Source of the DNA: Phoronis australis | Taxonomy: Eukaryota > Animalia > Phoronida | DNA: 64,000 nucleotides | NCBI GenBank assembly: GCA_002633005.1 | Contig: NMRA01000827.1 | Location: forward strand, 54,741 to 118,740 | Direction of reading: 5' to 3' | Shown: positions 26,801-41,542 of the stretch, piece after piece | Numbering within the stretch: the stretch's first letter is position 1 | How the letters are laid out: each line of letters opens with the position of its first letter | Translations under genes and position numbers: made by a program | The notes under the pieces: model-generated | What the model was told of the DNA's origin: nothing | The model's database searches: none | Seen by the model: only the letters and a program-made list of their open reading frames with translations

Positions 26801-27556
26801 AGCGGTGTTCGGAGCTAACAAGGAACGCAACTAGTAGCAAAGACCTAAGGAAGCTCTAAGCGAATCATTTTCAATTTTTTTTACCAAATTGTTTTCTTAG
26901 CTTTTGAAAACTACTTGGAATTTCAATTGCGTTATATATGTGCCTACTAAGAACCAGGCGCCAATATGGGAACCTGTCCCTATCCAGAATGAGGCGCCTA
27001 CGCCAATAAGCGAACCGCTTTAGTGGGAAAATGCTTGAAAGTGATGTTCCGAATATTCCTTTTTCAATTCTCATCTACATGTATATGACTCGTGAAGCGT
27101 AGAGCAGAACCTTGCGTATGGTATTTAGGCTCGAATGTTACAGTGCATATAGGCTCGAACATTATACCAAGACGTGCTGCATGTAAATGTATTTAGCATG
27201 AAACTTTATTTTGGACGCCTGTTATTTTTCATTGAAAACTGTAAGCATTTTAGTTTTACTAAGAAAGTTATCTCAATGGTTTACACCAATCAATACTGTA
27301 ATATATCTCTCCAAACATGTCTCACTAGTCAGATCTAATCCAATTAATAATTTTCTTGTTTTGTTCGTACATAAAAACTGAACTCCGTTCTTACCTATTA
27401 TTCCTACTAGTTACATAAAACTTTGAGTCTAACAGAACCTCTTTTCTGAGATATAATCATAAAATGCGCTGTCAACTATGAGCAGTAAAAATGTTTCGCA
27501 TAGCGAAAGACCGAACTTTTTGACGAGGATAAGTGTGTGTATGTATCCACTGCAAG

Positions 27557-27841
27557 GCATGCGCCTGCACAAAGGACACTAGCATGCGCCTGCACAAAGG
27601 ACACTAGCATGCGCCTGCACAAAGGACACTAGCATGCACCTGCACAAAGGACACTAGCATGCGCCTGCACAAAGGACACTAGCATGCGCCTGCACAAAGG
27701 ACACTAGCATGCGCCTGCACAAAGGACACTAGCATGCGCCTGCACAAAGGACACTAGCTTGCGCCTGCACAAAGGACACTAGCTTGCGCCTGCACAAAGG
27801 ACACTAACTTGCGCCTGCACAAACGACACTAGTCTGCGCCT
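27557..27841. repeat. 25-bp minisatellite, ~11 copies
   Basis: Unit GCATGCGCCTGCACAAAGGACACTA. Confidence 0.97.
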
Positions 27842-28854
27842 ATAAGCGAAACTTAGACGCATGTGCCCATACGTGAAATACAAGACTAAACAATTTCGGC
27901 CAAAAAACGCTTAACACACTCTTTCGGATATTGGCACAAGGCGCGCATATACAGTGTTCAAATTGTGTTCAAAATATGGATAAAAATGCACTAATAATCT
28001 CTTTTCTAAATTCCACAATTAGGTTAAGATAGATAAATTATTTGTTGTCAGTTTTCAAAACGGGAAAACACTAGCCACTGAAAATTCAAATCAAAAAACG
28101 AAGCTTACACTTCAGCTAGTAGCCAATAAAATCTTGCATTAGAATTTTGATATTTATTTACCTACAGCAGATAGTCCCTTTAACAGTAAAACGACTTTCA
28201 TAAACAGTGTTATTGTAAATCAATTTCGATTTCATTTTATGCTGAGAAGTTTGGCATCAAACGGAAATGCTATCAATTAATGAAAGGATACAAGACTTTT
28301 GATAATCGTGTTATTTTACTGATAAATACCGCATTTACTAGACACTCGTCATTGTCTCTGCTCAGTGTCCATCCAGTAACACAACCGAAAACATGGAGGG
28401 CAAAATGAACGTGAAAACCAGCGTTTTACTTTCATTCCGATTTTTGACGAATTTCCTATAACGGTAATCCTTCACCTATTTCGCGAACAATGTAACGTAC
28501 AAAAGGAATTTCGTCAAGTCAAACTTAAAAAATAAAGCTTAAGAAAATCTTCAGTAGTTAATCTATCTTGTTTAGATGTCATAAAACAACATTTGGTTAA
28601 GTGTCTAATATAATGCTTGTAAGAGTGATCATTTTTGAAAAATGGAAAGAAGACTGTTTTGAAAATGCGAAATAAGTGAATAATTAAAGTATGATTTTCG
28701 TATGAAAAATGTCAGTGGTTGGCGTTAATTCAACGATATTCAAAACGCAGTCGCAGATATCGACTTAAGACTTGCCTTTGGATTTTCAATGCCATTCGTT
28801 ATCATGGGAATTGAATTAAACATCGGGACTAGGATTCTCGTCCTGAATTATTCC

Positions 28855-28996
28855 CAGTGGCGGATTTAGGGAGGGTGCAAGGGGGCCATGCCCCCCTAAA
28901 ATTCGTCTAGATTCCATTTGTCAGTTCGAGGATGCGAATGTCTCACGGGCAAAATCCTGCCCTACCCCCTAACTCAAACTCCTGGATCCGCCCCTG
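28855..28996 (+). mobile_element. GC-rich MITE with CAG termini and a 5-bp TSD
   Basis: CAGTGGCGGAT...ATCCGCCCCTG flanked by ATTCC on both sides. Confidence 0.8.
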
Positions 28997-29300
28997 ATTC
29001 CAGACAGGAGTCATCGCCAAGATATGTGAATTAACTTGTCAACTGCGAATGATCTATTGTCTCCTACTGTTGAATCGAGCATTTGACCCCCAAGTCAACC
29101 ACGTACTTGACAATACGTGAAACCCAGTTTAGTCGAAATCAACTCGACAGACTCAAACTCTAGACTTCACCAATCACGCCACGCGATTCGAGTACAAATA
29201 GGTAAGTTTACCCAGGGCGTGCATGCAATTGGTCAATTTTCGAGTCGAGTTTCGAAAACAGCGACTAAATACATTTTATGCGACAGATGTCATCTCTAAC

Positions 29301-29641
29301 CTGTGACGGTATGTTCCTCGTCGCTCCAACCCATACTCGATTCCTCCCCTGAACTGACACTCAGTAGCTCGGCGTTGCCGGCTACATGGCTGTTGTACAT
29401 TTTTATCCTCGACGACCAACTGATGCCTGGATGTCGCACGGTGTTCTTCAAGCGCCGGCGCGCATTTGCGAACCAATTTGACACTTGCGTGAGAGACATG
29501 TGCGAGCCGACAGCCAGGTTTGCTTTTTCCGCTTTAGTCGGATAGGGATTGTTTTTGTTTTTATACAGCCATTGCTTGAGTGGACGGGCCATGTCTTGTA
29601 AAGTCTGTCTTTTCTGCCTTGGGCGATCCTGCACAGGGCGC
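29301..29641 (-). CDS. Mkx: Homeobox protein Mohawk, coding exon 2 (TALE homeodomain)
   Basis: KRQTLQDMARPLKQWLYK..NPYPTKAEK..LAVGSHMSLTQVSNWFANARRRLKNTVR..SW..RIKMYN..V.GNAE.LSVSS is the diagnostic Mkx homeodomain and flank. Canonical AG/GT boundaries. Confidence 0.97.
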
Positions 29642-32600
29642 CTGAAAATGTATAAAAAAGTGTTAGTGAAACGTCATTTTCTGTACTATACGTTTCAAAT
29701 AGACACCGCTGACGCAGCCATCTCACACGGAAGTAATATTTCATGCGTGCACTCAGAGGGGGTGGGGGCACGCCCCCCCCCCCCCNCCCCATTTGGCGAA
29801 GTGGGCAAAAAGGTCCGCTTCAGAGAAACAAAAAGTTCGGGAAAAAGAGACAAAATTCCACTAAAAGGCGCGAATGCACATTTCAAAACTCTGGACGTGG
29901 TACCCCGTCTTTTTTTAGTACCCCGTTTTTTTGTTAGTAACAGGTCAACATTCTCAAAGATTCGAGCCACCCTATATCTTAGGCTGGGTGTGCGCATGTA
30001 TTTTAATACTAAAAAACTGCTAAATATTCTAAGCTAACTGTCACGAATCCAGGAAGCGAACAAAGACATCGTGTGTTCGTTTAGATTCGTCGAGACATTT
30101 TAATGTGTGTAAATACAATAGGCGCTTTACAAAATTTGATGTACAATTGGAGCTTTCCGGCAAAAATCAAGAGAACTATGGTGGTGGTCATCCTACTCCT
30201 GCGGCCTGCATGGGCGTTAACCCGCGACTTTACGGTACATTTGAGTTGAAATAGAGTGGCCACTGCAGAGCATGAATGTTTTCACATTTCAGAAGTCGGA
30301 AGAGGGCAGAAACAGAACAGAACAGACATATTACAAGCATGTCTACACCTGGACGCTAAGAGACTATGCTAATGAAATGAAATGAAATCAAATCAATGAG
30401 ATGAAAAACAGTGTCGAGCATGTTTTGAATGCATCCAGTATGTTTACTACGGGCCTGTTTGTTTGCGTAAACGGAAGCTATGCCACACATGCGCACACAA
30501 TACTGTAATGGCCACTGCGCTAGGTACAGTTCACTGATCAAGGCACAGATCACTGACAAGCATGCCCGCCAGCACTGCTGTACACTAGCAAGGACAACAA
30601 ATGTGAACCACTTTTATAAAGCGTGGCATTCGCCCTGTTTGTCCGGCATAGCTTAAACATCGGCTTGGTATCATAAGAATACCTTTGCCAAAATTGACAA
30701 ACAATTTCTTCAGAGAGAGTGGGAGTAACATACTCTCCAAACGATAAAAACTGACAAAAATACAGGCAACAGACTTCATATTCAACGTAGAGACTATTTG
30801 TATTCGTACACCATATCTCGGGTTGCACAATCAATTCGCACCAACAGATAGCGATACAATCTTGCAGAAATGCTCTACATAAAACAACTCCGTACCAAAC
30901 CGAGGAGGACCAGTTTTTGGTCCTTTTGAAACAGAGCATTTCCATCATGAACCACAACAATAATACGAGAAAACAGCAACGCCCCAAAAATACATTGACT
31001 TGTCATTTTCCTTGGATTATTATGACGTGAGCGTTCCAGAAATAGAAACGGGTGTGTATCAAATAAACATACGGGTTTTGTTTGTTCGTCTGTCGCCACA
31101 GGCGGGCAAGTTTTAGTTTCAACTCGACATGTTTTTCATTGAAATGCACTTGCTGTTTACAATTATGCTGTAGGCCCTATCAAGGATGGCATCAATTTTC
31201 AAAATCATGAACTTCAAAAGGAGACAGACAAACTGACGAACAATTTCTAGTAAGATTATAAACCCAAATACAACGAGAAGACTGTGAAATGCGTTTTAAA
31301 ACAGGGGTGTGCTCACGGTGTTAGGTTTATTGCCAGCAAGATCACAGAGATGTTCGCGAGATCGCCACGCATTACAAGCGAAGCGGTGATGTCATTCGTA
31401 CCTATTTCGCTTCACAGAAGGCACCCCAGTTTTAGGGGAACGTTTTTGGTGATATGTTCTGATGCCAAGGTAATTTTCTATAGCAAAACAAGCCTATTCC
31501 AACGTTGCAAGGTACATCATTACTGTTAACGTTTGACGCAAAAATGAATCTACTCTTAAAGCCGCTTGAAGTTTTCGGGGTCGGATTAGTCCGTTAAGAA
31601 TAGCTACAGCTTAGGGGCCCTAAACCTTCCCAAGAGGAGCTCGAAACATTGAGGCAACCGGGGGAACCCGTGAACACCGGGGCAGTCAAATTATCCAGAA
31701 TCAATTATGGCTAAGGGTTCACAATGAGGGACTAACCAGCTATACATTAAGACAACCTGTTGGCTGTTGCTAATGCTCGAGATCATGTTGAATGAGTAGA
31801 CTAACAGCGGCACTCATCGCGTTACATGCTGAAAGCAACATATCTGTGCTGGTTCCGTGAGTGAACGCTAGAAGGAGCTAAAAGCTGACACTTTGGCAAA
31901 AATGCTTTCGGAACATATCACAAAGATCAACTGTTGATTTAGATGACTTGTCATGATGAAATAATTTTAAACGTGTTCCCTATAGTCAAAGTAGAGGTGG
32001 TTTTGGGACTTGCAGTTCGACATTGCATAAATTGAAACCAGGGCCTGCAACTTGGCGGGTAACGGCTTGCCACTATTAGTTCCATCAGCTGCTTGCAAGG
32101 TCCAGAAACCATCTCAAATCTGAATAAAAAAACAAGATGACACCAATTCAATAGAGGCAAGTGCTCGAAACCAAGCGTTTGACGGGAAGTATATGACGTT
32201 ACTTAGCAATAACTGTAGTTTCTTCCCAACCCTACAAATCACATCAAATTTTGTACAGAACAAGTTGAGAACAATTTTATAGGGGAGATGAGAAGGTCAG
32301 TGTCAACATTTTTACACAAATTTCAGGCGTTTCTCTAACTTCAATTAGGAATACATGCATGCTTCAAATCCAGTTCAACTTTTTCACCATAACAATTGTA
32401 GATGGAAAAGTTGTCGTTTGCCGGGTAATTTTGTAGTGGGGTGAAGTGAGAAGCCCAAGACAGCCAAAACTGTTTCCACGTAAAATGATGTAAGCTTGAT
32501 AACAGAATTTAGTAAGTCTATAGCTAGGTGCCACTGCCTCATCAGTTATTCTGGGGATTTGAACCGGTTCATTTCTGTTAAATCAATAATCCCTGTTCTA

Positions 32601-34991
32601 ATCTAAACAGAAAGCAAGACATGACACGGATTTTATACTAGTTAGTGGTATAAATCAAAAACTGTTTTTCGACAGAAGGTGCTGGTTTATGGTCATTTTA
32701 TAATGACTATACGAACGAATAAGTACTAAAAGGTTACTTTCTCACAGCACGACATTGAGGGAAATGAGACAGAAAATGAGCCCAATCGAAGGTAAGTTAG
32801 CAGCCAATACCGTGGTTGGTAGGCACAGCTTAGTGATTGACGAGTACGTCCAGCAGAGGCGAGAATGAAATCTTCTCGTTACTTGCGGCAATTCCAATAA
32901 TGATGGCATTTGTCAATTTCTTACATACGTACCATTTGAGATCAGGAACACAGGTCGAAAATCTCAACAGAGTTTTTGAGATTGGTGAATAAATATTGAG
33001 TTTGAAATGTTTCAGCGAAATCCACCAAGCCGTTTTCGAGAACTCGTGTTCCGAAGTTCAAATAAAGTCGATTTGCCGAAGCCGGGAAAAAGGCGATTAA
33101 ACTGGGACAACTCAAAATTAGTTATTCGGTATAATTTTTTTCGGTAAATATAATCTATACATGCCTTAACGTCAGCTATTTCAACATTCACTCGCAATGT
33201 CAAGTGCATTTGCGGAGCGCAATTAACTTAATTATCATTAAAAGCTACCGTCCCCAGCCACGAGGTGGAATCAACTGTTATTGCTGTTTGACCTACTTAA
33301 AGGTAGGTGACAGTTCATTGTTGTGTGCACATAGTCTACACGTCACGTGCCGGGAGACTGATACGAAACCAAGTAAGAAACGGATAACAAAAATCGAACC
33401 GGTGGTTAAAGCATGTCGTTAGCATGAGATCGAAACAGCGAAATGCCTACTTACTTATTGAATTGAGGAATTTGGGTGAGGATTTATCTCTTTTCACAAC
33501 TTGTGTTCATGACCACAGAGACGTGAGGCGACTTGTTGCATTCGTTCTCTCTACGGCCGTATGCATGTAAACGCACAACTCCTTCAGAATCAAAACTACT
33601 TGTCTTTATTTTCCCTAGGCAACACGTAGCCCTTCGGTTGACCATTTAGGGGCTACAATACTTCCATTTCTGTACGCATTTCGTTACATGTATTTTAAAC
33701 GGCCGGTAACCCAAATCCGGTCACCGATTTTGAATTTTCACCTCATCAAAAATATATACTATCATTTAAAAAAGCGCTTACTTTCATCATTGGTCCTTTT
33801 TACTTTAATCTATACATATCTTCTATGAAGCTTAGTTGTGAAAATTAAGTTGACTTTGCAGAAGAATTCCAACTCCACATTTTTGGTTTCCGCTCGCGCG
33901 ATAACCACAAAGGCGCAAAGTATGTCAACTGAGTCACATGAGTTAGGCAAATGCTAGCGCGAGACTGAGCGAAGCGCGTGACACTAGCGCGTGACGCTTG
34001 CAAAATAGCATGAGAAGGTATCAGGTGAAATTTGTAAGATTTGTGTCCCTTGGACTTTTTATTCGTCAACATGCCTGATTTTCCGTAACTTCCTCAAAAT
34101 GGCACCCGATAAGAGAAACTCGAGCAAACCGCGACAGATTTTCATCGATTTCTTCAAATCATCTTGACTGAATCGATTTCAGACTTATGGTATGAGTTGT
34201 TTATAAACTCCATGTGCATATATGCATGTTTCATTTGATTTTATTTCCTGTATTTTGAAATGAGCAACTTTTTGTGGGGATGTACTATCGCCCCTGTATG
34301 CCGGAGGCATATACTTTCCCCGGCACCATTCTATCATAATTACACCTCGATGACTCAATATTATGGCGACTCGGTGAATGAAAGGACTGAGGGTATACGA
34401 AGCTGCCCTGTACCTGGCGGGAGATTCGATTTGAGTGACAGCTCTGTAATCTTTGACCTCGGATAAGTAGTAAACAAATGTCCACGCGGTTGTGCGGTTC
34501 CAAGGTGGTTCTGCAATTCTTTTTTTTTCTCGCTACACGTCATATATTTTGTATGTGAAGTTTCCCGAGAATGAAGATAAGGTATTTCGCTAGACACATG
34601 TGAAATATTGTAAAAATGGCCAATTTTTGTGAATAAGGATTGAGCCCCTCGTAGCCAAAGGGCGCCTGGAAACTAGACGATCGGCAGGGTAGGGAAGAAA
34701 TGACGAGGTTTGGAAATTGTAAGGACTGGAAGATCGTGACAACCGGGGAATGACAGCTCATCCAAACAAGCAGGCTTCAAAAGAGATTGACTATCCCATA
34801 ATCAAGGTACAACATGTAACGATGGCGGTGAACTGTATTGGTTCCTCGATACATGTGAATAACTTTGCATCATACAAGTAGTACATGTAGGTGACATTTT
34901 GAGCGCACACCTTCTAAGTATTAGACGTGTAGCATTGTACGAGACTTACAAAGTTGGCAGATTTTCTTATAACTTGATAATAATATATCTA

Positions 34992-35345
34992 CATAGGCGG
35001 ATTAGGGGGACAAGGGACCCTGGCACCCCCCCACCCCCCATTGGCTGCCGCAAAAGAAATAAAACAGCAACAGCGTGAAGAAATATTGAGTTCATTAATT
35101 AACCCCGGTAATTAACATGCGGGTGAGGGGGGCTGAGACCCGATTACAAGACCACCGGCGCAATCCCTTTCCCGTTTTTTTAGTCCTCGGTTTGTTTTTA
35201 TTATGGCAGAAGGTCCACATCCTTGGAATTTCGAGCCCCCTACCTTTTAGGCTGCGAGCGCGCATGCACTCGTCCTTTGCGCAATTGCCCGGGACAAAAT
35301 GTTGCCCCCCCCCCCCCCATGATATCTTAGATCCTCTTCTGATAT
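34992..35345 (+). mobile_element. GC-ended non-autonomous DNA element; related inverted copy at ~12030-12212
   Basis: CATAGGCGGATTAGGGGG start. The internal GGCTGCCGCAAAA..ATAAAACAGCAA..TTAACCCCGGTAATTAA block is shared with 12095-12212 in reverse. Confidence 0.6.
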
Positions 35346-37597
35346 AGTACGCAGATAACACAGCATGGTTGGTAACAGCGAACTGTTTTCACCGTTTACT
35401 CAGTTACACACGTTATGAGGGGTGATGTAAGGGTCAAGGGGCGCCGAACGGGTTTGATGGATTGAGTAAACTATTTAAGACGATTGAATTGATATCATCA
35501 AGGGCCTCCTAGTGGTTTTGTGATAGTGCAGCATTGCGGGATTAGATAGCGTCAATACAAAGCTAATTTTTCACAAACTTCAGCATTATGATTTTCTTTC
35601 CATATACAATGTACGAGTGCATTCGTATATGAACTGCCATTTAGTTGTGTGGGAAAAGAACTTCAATGTCGAACTTGGTCTTTCTTCACTGGATATACAG
35701 AAACTCGCTGCATACATTACTGCTGATTCATCAAAACCGACAACTGGTGCGTTCAAATTGTAAAATAATCTGATTATAAAATAATGACAAGTGCCTTTAT
35801 TACAGGCCCACGCAACGCTTACTACAGCAAGGCTCGTGTGGAGAGGTTCTACCGTCGAAACGTCTCTATGCACAATTTCACAGTGTTACTAGGGGTAGCA
35901 CTGTGAAATAATTATGAAACTTGACTTCTATTTGAGTAATACAGCAAAGTAATATCCTGGCATTCCGATTGGTTGGAAAATAGCACCCAGCCATTGCGAT
36001 CGCTTGGTGTTAAGGATTACACAAGAATGCTGCTAAATCTGTTGAAAAATGTCTTTAAGTTAGTGACTTGCCGCTGCTACAACAAACAGAACAGGTTAAA
36101 CCAATGCATACACACGTTTGTGTTCAGGACGACAAGACATCAAACAAAACAAAACCGTTCACTATACGTTTTAGGCTCATATCTGTTAGTACCATATGAT
36201 ATTTATGAAAAACGTTCAAATCAAGGCATGTATTCTGATACCCACACATTTATACGATTTCTAGGTGTCGCTTATCATCCATTCGCAAGGTCACTAATAA
36301 GCCGTGTTTTGTGAGCGCGGCGACGAGATCGGGAGGCAGCGAATCGACCATTAACCCGGGTTTACGGTTACACGAGGCTGTGTTGATAAGCGGTTAACAC
36401 CTTGCGTATGTTAGAAATAACGCCCAGTGCATCTGGACGCGCACTACAAAAACCAAATATCACTTGACCTTTCAACCTAAGTCTACGGAGATCAGGGGAC
36501 AATATGAGGTCAGCGAGCTAAGGCGTCCGATAGTGACCGTCTGAATGTCAAGGGATGAAATATTAGGATTCTGGCAACCCAAGATGTCATGCACAGGTGC
36601 AAACTCAGCTGCTACCAGATAATCGTTGGAGTCTCCAGAATTTTCCCAAAATTTTCCTGGTCTCACACATGAAGAACCATATCTCCGGCATTCCCAGCAT
36701 ATTATGTTGTTAATTGACTATGACATTATTTTATTTTGAAAAAAAAAAACAGCTTAAAAACTCATATGAAATTGGCAGGTCAAAAGGGCGAATACTCAAT
36801 TTTCGGACAGCCATGCGACTGCACCATTTATACTTAGACTTCCAGGAACGAACTTATAACTCAGTATTCTTAATCAAACCCATTGACTGGCATTATACAT
36901 TATATCAACTGCAAAACCCGCAAATATGTACTTAACAATATCGGTGCTTCCCAAAAGCAAAACAATTATGCGACAGGAAACCACACAAAGAAGCATTTTG
37001 TTTCCGAGAAGACCTTCACTAAGGCAGACAGTCAGACAAAGATCATGGTCAATTCGCTTCGGGCTCTGGTCATAGGTCAACTATCGGGTCAACTATTGAC
37101 CTTTTGCGTCTAGACGGACATTGTTTCGCTTAGAAACAAAAAATACCCAAAGGGTTCTGTGTAATAAACCGGTACCAGTTACTATTAGGGAACATCAGGT
37201 TCAAAATTTTCGCCTGACTTTTGAGCGTAGTCACAATTTGAGCAACCACACTGAAATTTGACCACCACCTTCACATTATAAGCCCTCATACTGGCTCAAG
37301 GTGTACAACAGTCACCCAGCAGTCACATTTGCAGTTTTGGGCCCACTGCAGTCTGAATCTCACTTTTTCTATCACAGTGAGAATTTATTTATAACTATGA
37401 ATGATCTACGTAATATTAAAAATAATTAAGACAATACATAACACAGTGCTGTCTACCGCCATTACCCACGATCTAAATAAATCTTGGTGAGAATTCTGAG
37501 TTCGAACTGTTCTTGTCAGCACTTCTGTGTTCATGTCAAAACTTAATTTCATAATAATTCAGCCAATTTATCAGATTAAACATTCAACGTTATCTCT

Positions 37598-37818
37598 CTA
37601 AACAGAACACTAGCTACAATTCGTCGCACTAAACAGAACACTTTCTACAATTCGCCGCACTAAACAGAACACTTGCTACAATTCGCCTCACTAAACAGAT
37701 CACTTGCTACAATTCGCCGCACTAAACAGAACATCTGCGACAATTCGCGGCACTAAACAGAACACTTGCGACAATTCGCCACCCTAAACAGAACACTTGC
37801 GACAATTCACCGCACTTA
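37598..37818. repeat. 31-bp minisatellite, ~7 copies
   Basis: Unit CTAAACAGAACACTTGCTACAATTCGCCGCA. Confidence 0.95.
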
Positions 37819-40800
37819 ACACGCATTTTTATAAAGCAAAGCAAAAAATGGCGGCCAAGACGACATTTGATGAGTAATTAATATCAACCACATACTTTAA
37901 TCAACTAATGATGTTCCTCATGGCTAAGGCATATTGTAAGAGGTTCTTTAGTGAAAGGTCATGAAATGGGAGTAATTTGCAGACTAAAACATAAAAGCGA
38001 ATCTATTTTTATGTTCCCATTGAAATAGGAGTAAAGCGTACGTGTGCCGTGCAGGGACCTCTGTAAAGTGACTATTGTGAACCGTTTGATTATAGGAAAG
38101 GAGAAATGGAGATATCAGTTTTGATAACGCAGACCCGGGCACGCGAGAACTGGGACCCATTCTGAAAAGGCAACACACTTTCAAAGTAGTGAGATCACCA
38201 GGTTCGTAAAACATCACGCCTGAACTACTTGACCGTAGTTTCAGCCAAATGTCAGTCAGCACGTACATAATTTGCGTCAGAACTCGAACCAGCATAATAA
38301 TTTTCAACAGCATGTGTGCGTCTCAGTAATGCCCTCAAAATGTTATTGTAATCATAACGCATTTACTGTCACATCGTGAACCATTTGAAGTTATGCAATG
38401 AATTTCACTGAAGTTCGAGGCTGACACCGTAACATATTAACCTAGAATCCTAAAGTGTTTTACGTAACCACAAATGGTGGCAAATGGTGAAACAAATGTA
38501 AATATGCCATATCTGCAGGAAGCGGGGGGGGGGGAAGATTGCCCACAGATTAGGTCGCCGCGAAAACAGCGCGCTGCTGAAGGGAAAGGGTGAACCCAGC
38601 CGGAATATTAGACATCTCATGTCTTCTTTGTATGTACGTGTTTCTGTTGTTAATGTGTGTGCGAATTTCTGAACAACCCCTGAGAACGACAGACCGACAA
38701 TAATGCTGCGATGCAGTCACTGCCATCAGTCGACCAAGCAAGAACGAGGAGTGTGCACTAGATAAGGACAGGCTAAAAGCAATGTGAGCAAGTTGACTTT
38801 AAACCACCGCACTGTCGTCTCAGTGAATCACGATTTGGAGTTTGCGATTTCAATTTGACCTAATCATCGTTGAATGGGACAAAATTAGCAACAGGGTGCC
38901 TTTTTCAATTTCTTGGCCTCGCAGAACTGATACGAGATTCTGCAGCAACGTTGAACAACAAGAGTCGAGTTTAACAACTGCCTCGCGGAGAGAAAACTCT
39001 CAGACACAATTACATGCTCTCATTGAAAAAACACGGTGATATCACGCGAGATCTTTATCTTCTAGGGAGACACTGGCGTAACTTACTGTACGCAGTCCAG
39101 AAGTGAGCGAGAATCAACATTCGTGAAACACGAACAGTACCAGATCCACCAAGCTAACTAAACTGAGGCCCGCATAAAGCAAGGGAACCGCCTGGTGACC
39201 ACAGGGACCACGAAAGCTGTGGCGGGGTGACAAAAGAGGGTGGGGTGGCCGCGAGGGGTGGAGAACTGCGACGACCGGTAGCAGTTCAAATTGTCAGTTC
39301 TCCCTCCCCATACAGTTTAGGTCACCGAAAAAACCTTAGCTCAGCATTGGTGTGAATGTTCATAATTATGAGTTTTAATGTTGGACACTCAGTGCATGCT
39401 CGCCTTTGACTAAATCCAGGCTCGAGTTCACCGTTACGCGGCGAGAAACACCTAGTCAAAATCACGTGCTCCCATTGAAAATGCATGACGATATCTCGCG
39501 GATCCTTACAATACCGTGTTGTTAGAAAAACTAGTGAAACTGGACGGTTCCCAAGTTCCCAGGTGTATTTTGTGAATGCACAATGATTTGTTTAATAAAA
39601 TGGAAGCTGATGACCCACCATAACTCCTTCTCAAATGGAGTGCACAAGAGAAATATTCCGTTGATTGAATGCAAAGAAGCTGGCAAACAATGAGTCACGC
39701 ATAAATTTTCTTATTTTGTAGGCGGTTGCATTTGATTAGGTGAGACAAGCTCAACACGAAGCTTATATGCTAGACGCTTATAACTCTAAAATGTAACAAA
39801 ATAGGTTTGCGTGCGGTCTCATAACACAAATATTATAACCCAGTCGTAGATTTTGCATAAGATATTGATTTTGTCGATTAAAAAAATTGACGTGTGCTCT
39901 GCTCCATCCGCCAAAATTGCAATATGCTTGCTTGTTCTCTACGTGCATACACGCCTGCGTTCATAAAGCCTCGAGCGAATTAGTGACGTGGTTGTAAAAA
40001 AATAGCTCGGTTCATTGACCGGTTAGCCGGGCTACTCATGTTTAAAGCTATTGACGGTCATGAATGTAAAAATGTCAGTCGTTGTGTGTGTGTTGATTTT
40101 TCGTTGCGCAATGAAATTTGTTTTATAAAGTCACCTCGTATGGTAAATGCAATGTTGGGTTCTTAAAATCAAACTGAAACCAACATCTGGCGAGTAATTC
40201 TAGAGGTGACTGGGTACAAAAATGACACATCGCGATTCTTGGAACGAGCCTAGCGGAAATGCATCACAAAGATAACAACATGCGGCCATAGCACTAACAA
40301 TGCACGTCTGCAAAAATACACAACGATAAAATGGTATAGTGATATCAAAGAAATATCGGTATGAGCTTACGGATTAGGACAGTGTTATTTTTTGCAAGTT
40401 TACACACAAGGTGCATTATAGTCATTTAGATAAGCTTGGCGAATGGTTCACGTGAAGTCTGATGAAGCACACCTCGGTATGGGACGCAGTTACTTAATTT
40501 AACTATCACAGTAATTTTCTAGGTACCGCCTCACGGTAGTGCATGGCGAGTCGGGTCGCTAGGTCAAAAGAACGTTGCAAAACAACGTGCCGCGGCGCCC
40601 ACTCTATACCTTTGCCGGCTAATCAAGGTAGACAAACGGGGGATGGGGCAACCACAATTTTGGAAGGAATATGTCAACAGCACTGCGTTTCACTTCAAAC
40701 ACAGCATATCATAACTTAGAACCAAAACTGAATCAGACAAATCTTCTCTAGACTATTGTACATAATTCTTTAGAGTTGTGTAACAAGATTCAACGTCACG

Positions 40801-41219
40801 GGTTGTTTGGTCGGAGACGCTTGGGTAAATATGTCGTGACGTCAATAAGTGAGTACATGCACTCAAGATCACAATAGCAAGGCATTTAATATGAAGACGG
40901 AAAGCTTCGAATGACTAAGCAATAATCCAAAAACATAAAAGTAGTGTGCAGACTGCGTTTTACACTAGAGGATGTACCCAGGGTGTAAATGTGAAAAAGT
41001 TAATGACCAGGGGAAATCCGTCGGCACTCTGCAATTAAGATACACCTGATAGGCAAACACGTTGGCCTGTCGATAAACTGAATAAAAGACTGCACGCATG
41101 GCCAGACGTCTTCATTTTCACCAACAATGTATCGGCTCTGCCCCCTCACCCCCCAACATCAACGAATGCCAACTTAGTACTACTTGATTAGTTTTCTGGT
41201 TGAAAGGAACTATGGTTAC

Positions 41220-41542
41220 CTGTTGACGCGGGACCTGAGACTTATCCTTGGCCTCTCTCCTGCATCGTCCCTTGCTTGCAAATACCCTTCTGCGGGGATT
41301 CCACAGTTTTCATTGTCATCGTCATCATAAGAAGTCCTCGAAAAATCCGGCGACTTGTAATCCAGCACGGAACTATCGCGTAAACTTGTTCCGTCGTCCA
41401 TGGTTGAGTCACGACTAGTACCATCGCCTTTGTTGTCTGTTAGTACCAGGTGATCGCCCGCCGGTCTATTTAACACTGAACTCAGCTGATCGCCCGGCGA
41501 CAGCGGTGTTAAGTCACTCGTAAAATCAGAATTTCGGTCCAT
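41220..41542 (-). CDS. Mkx: Homeobox protein Mohawk, coding exon 1
   Basis: ATG in good context (ACCATGG), open frame MDRNSDF...RSRVNR, donor AG|GTAACC. Phase 2 matches the homeodomain exon acceptor. The assignment rests on phase and position, not motif. Confidence 0.75.

Noticed and set aside
27557-27841. CRISPR-like regular repeats (also 18336, 37598, 46499)
   Set aside because: Head-to-tail units with no unique spacers, no cas genes and a eukaryotic context. These are minisatellites.
33628-34662. Possible ~1 kb TIR element (CCCTT..AGGGGCT ends)
   Set aside because: The inverted ends are too degenerate and no TSD could be read.
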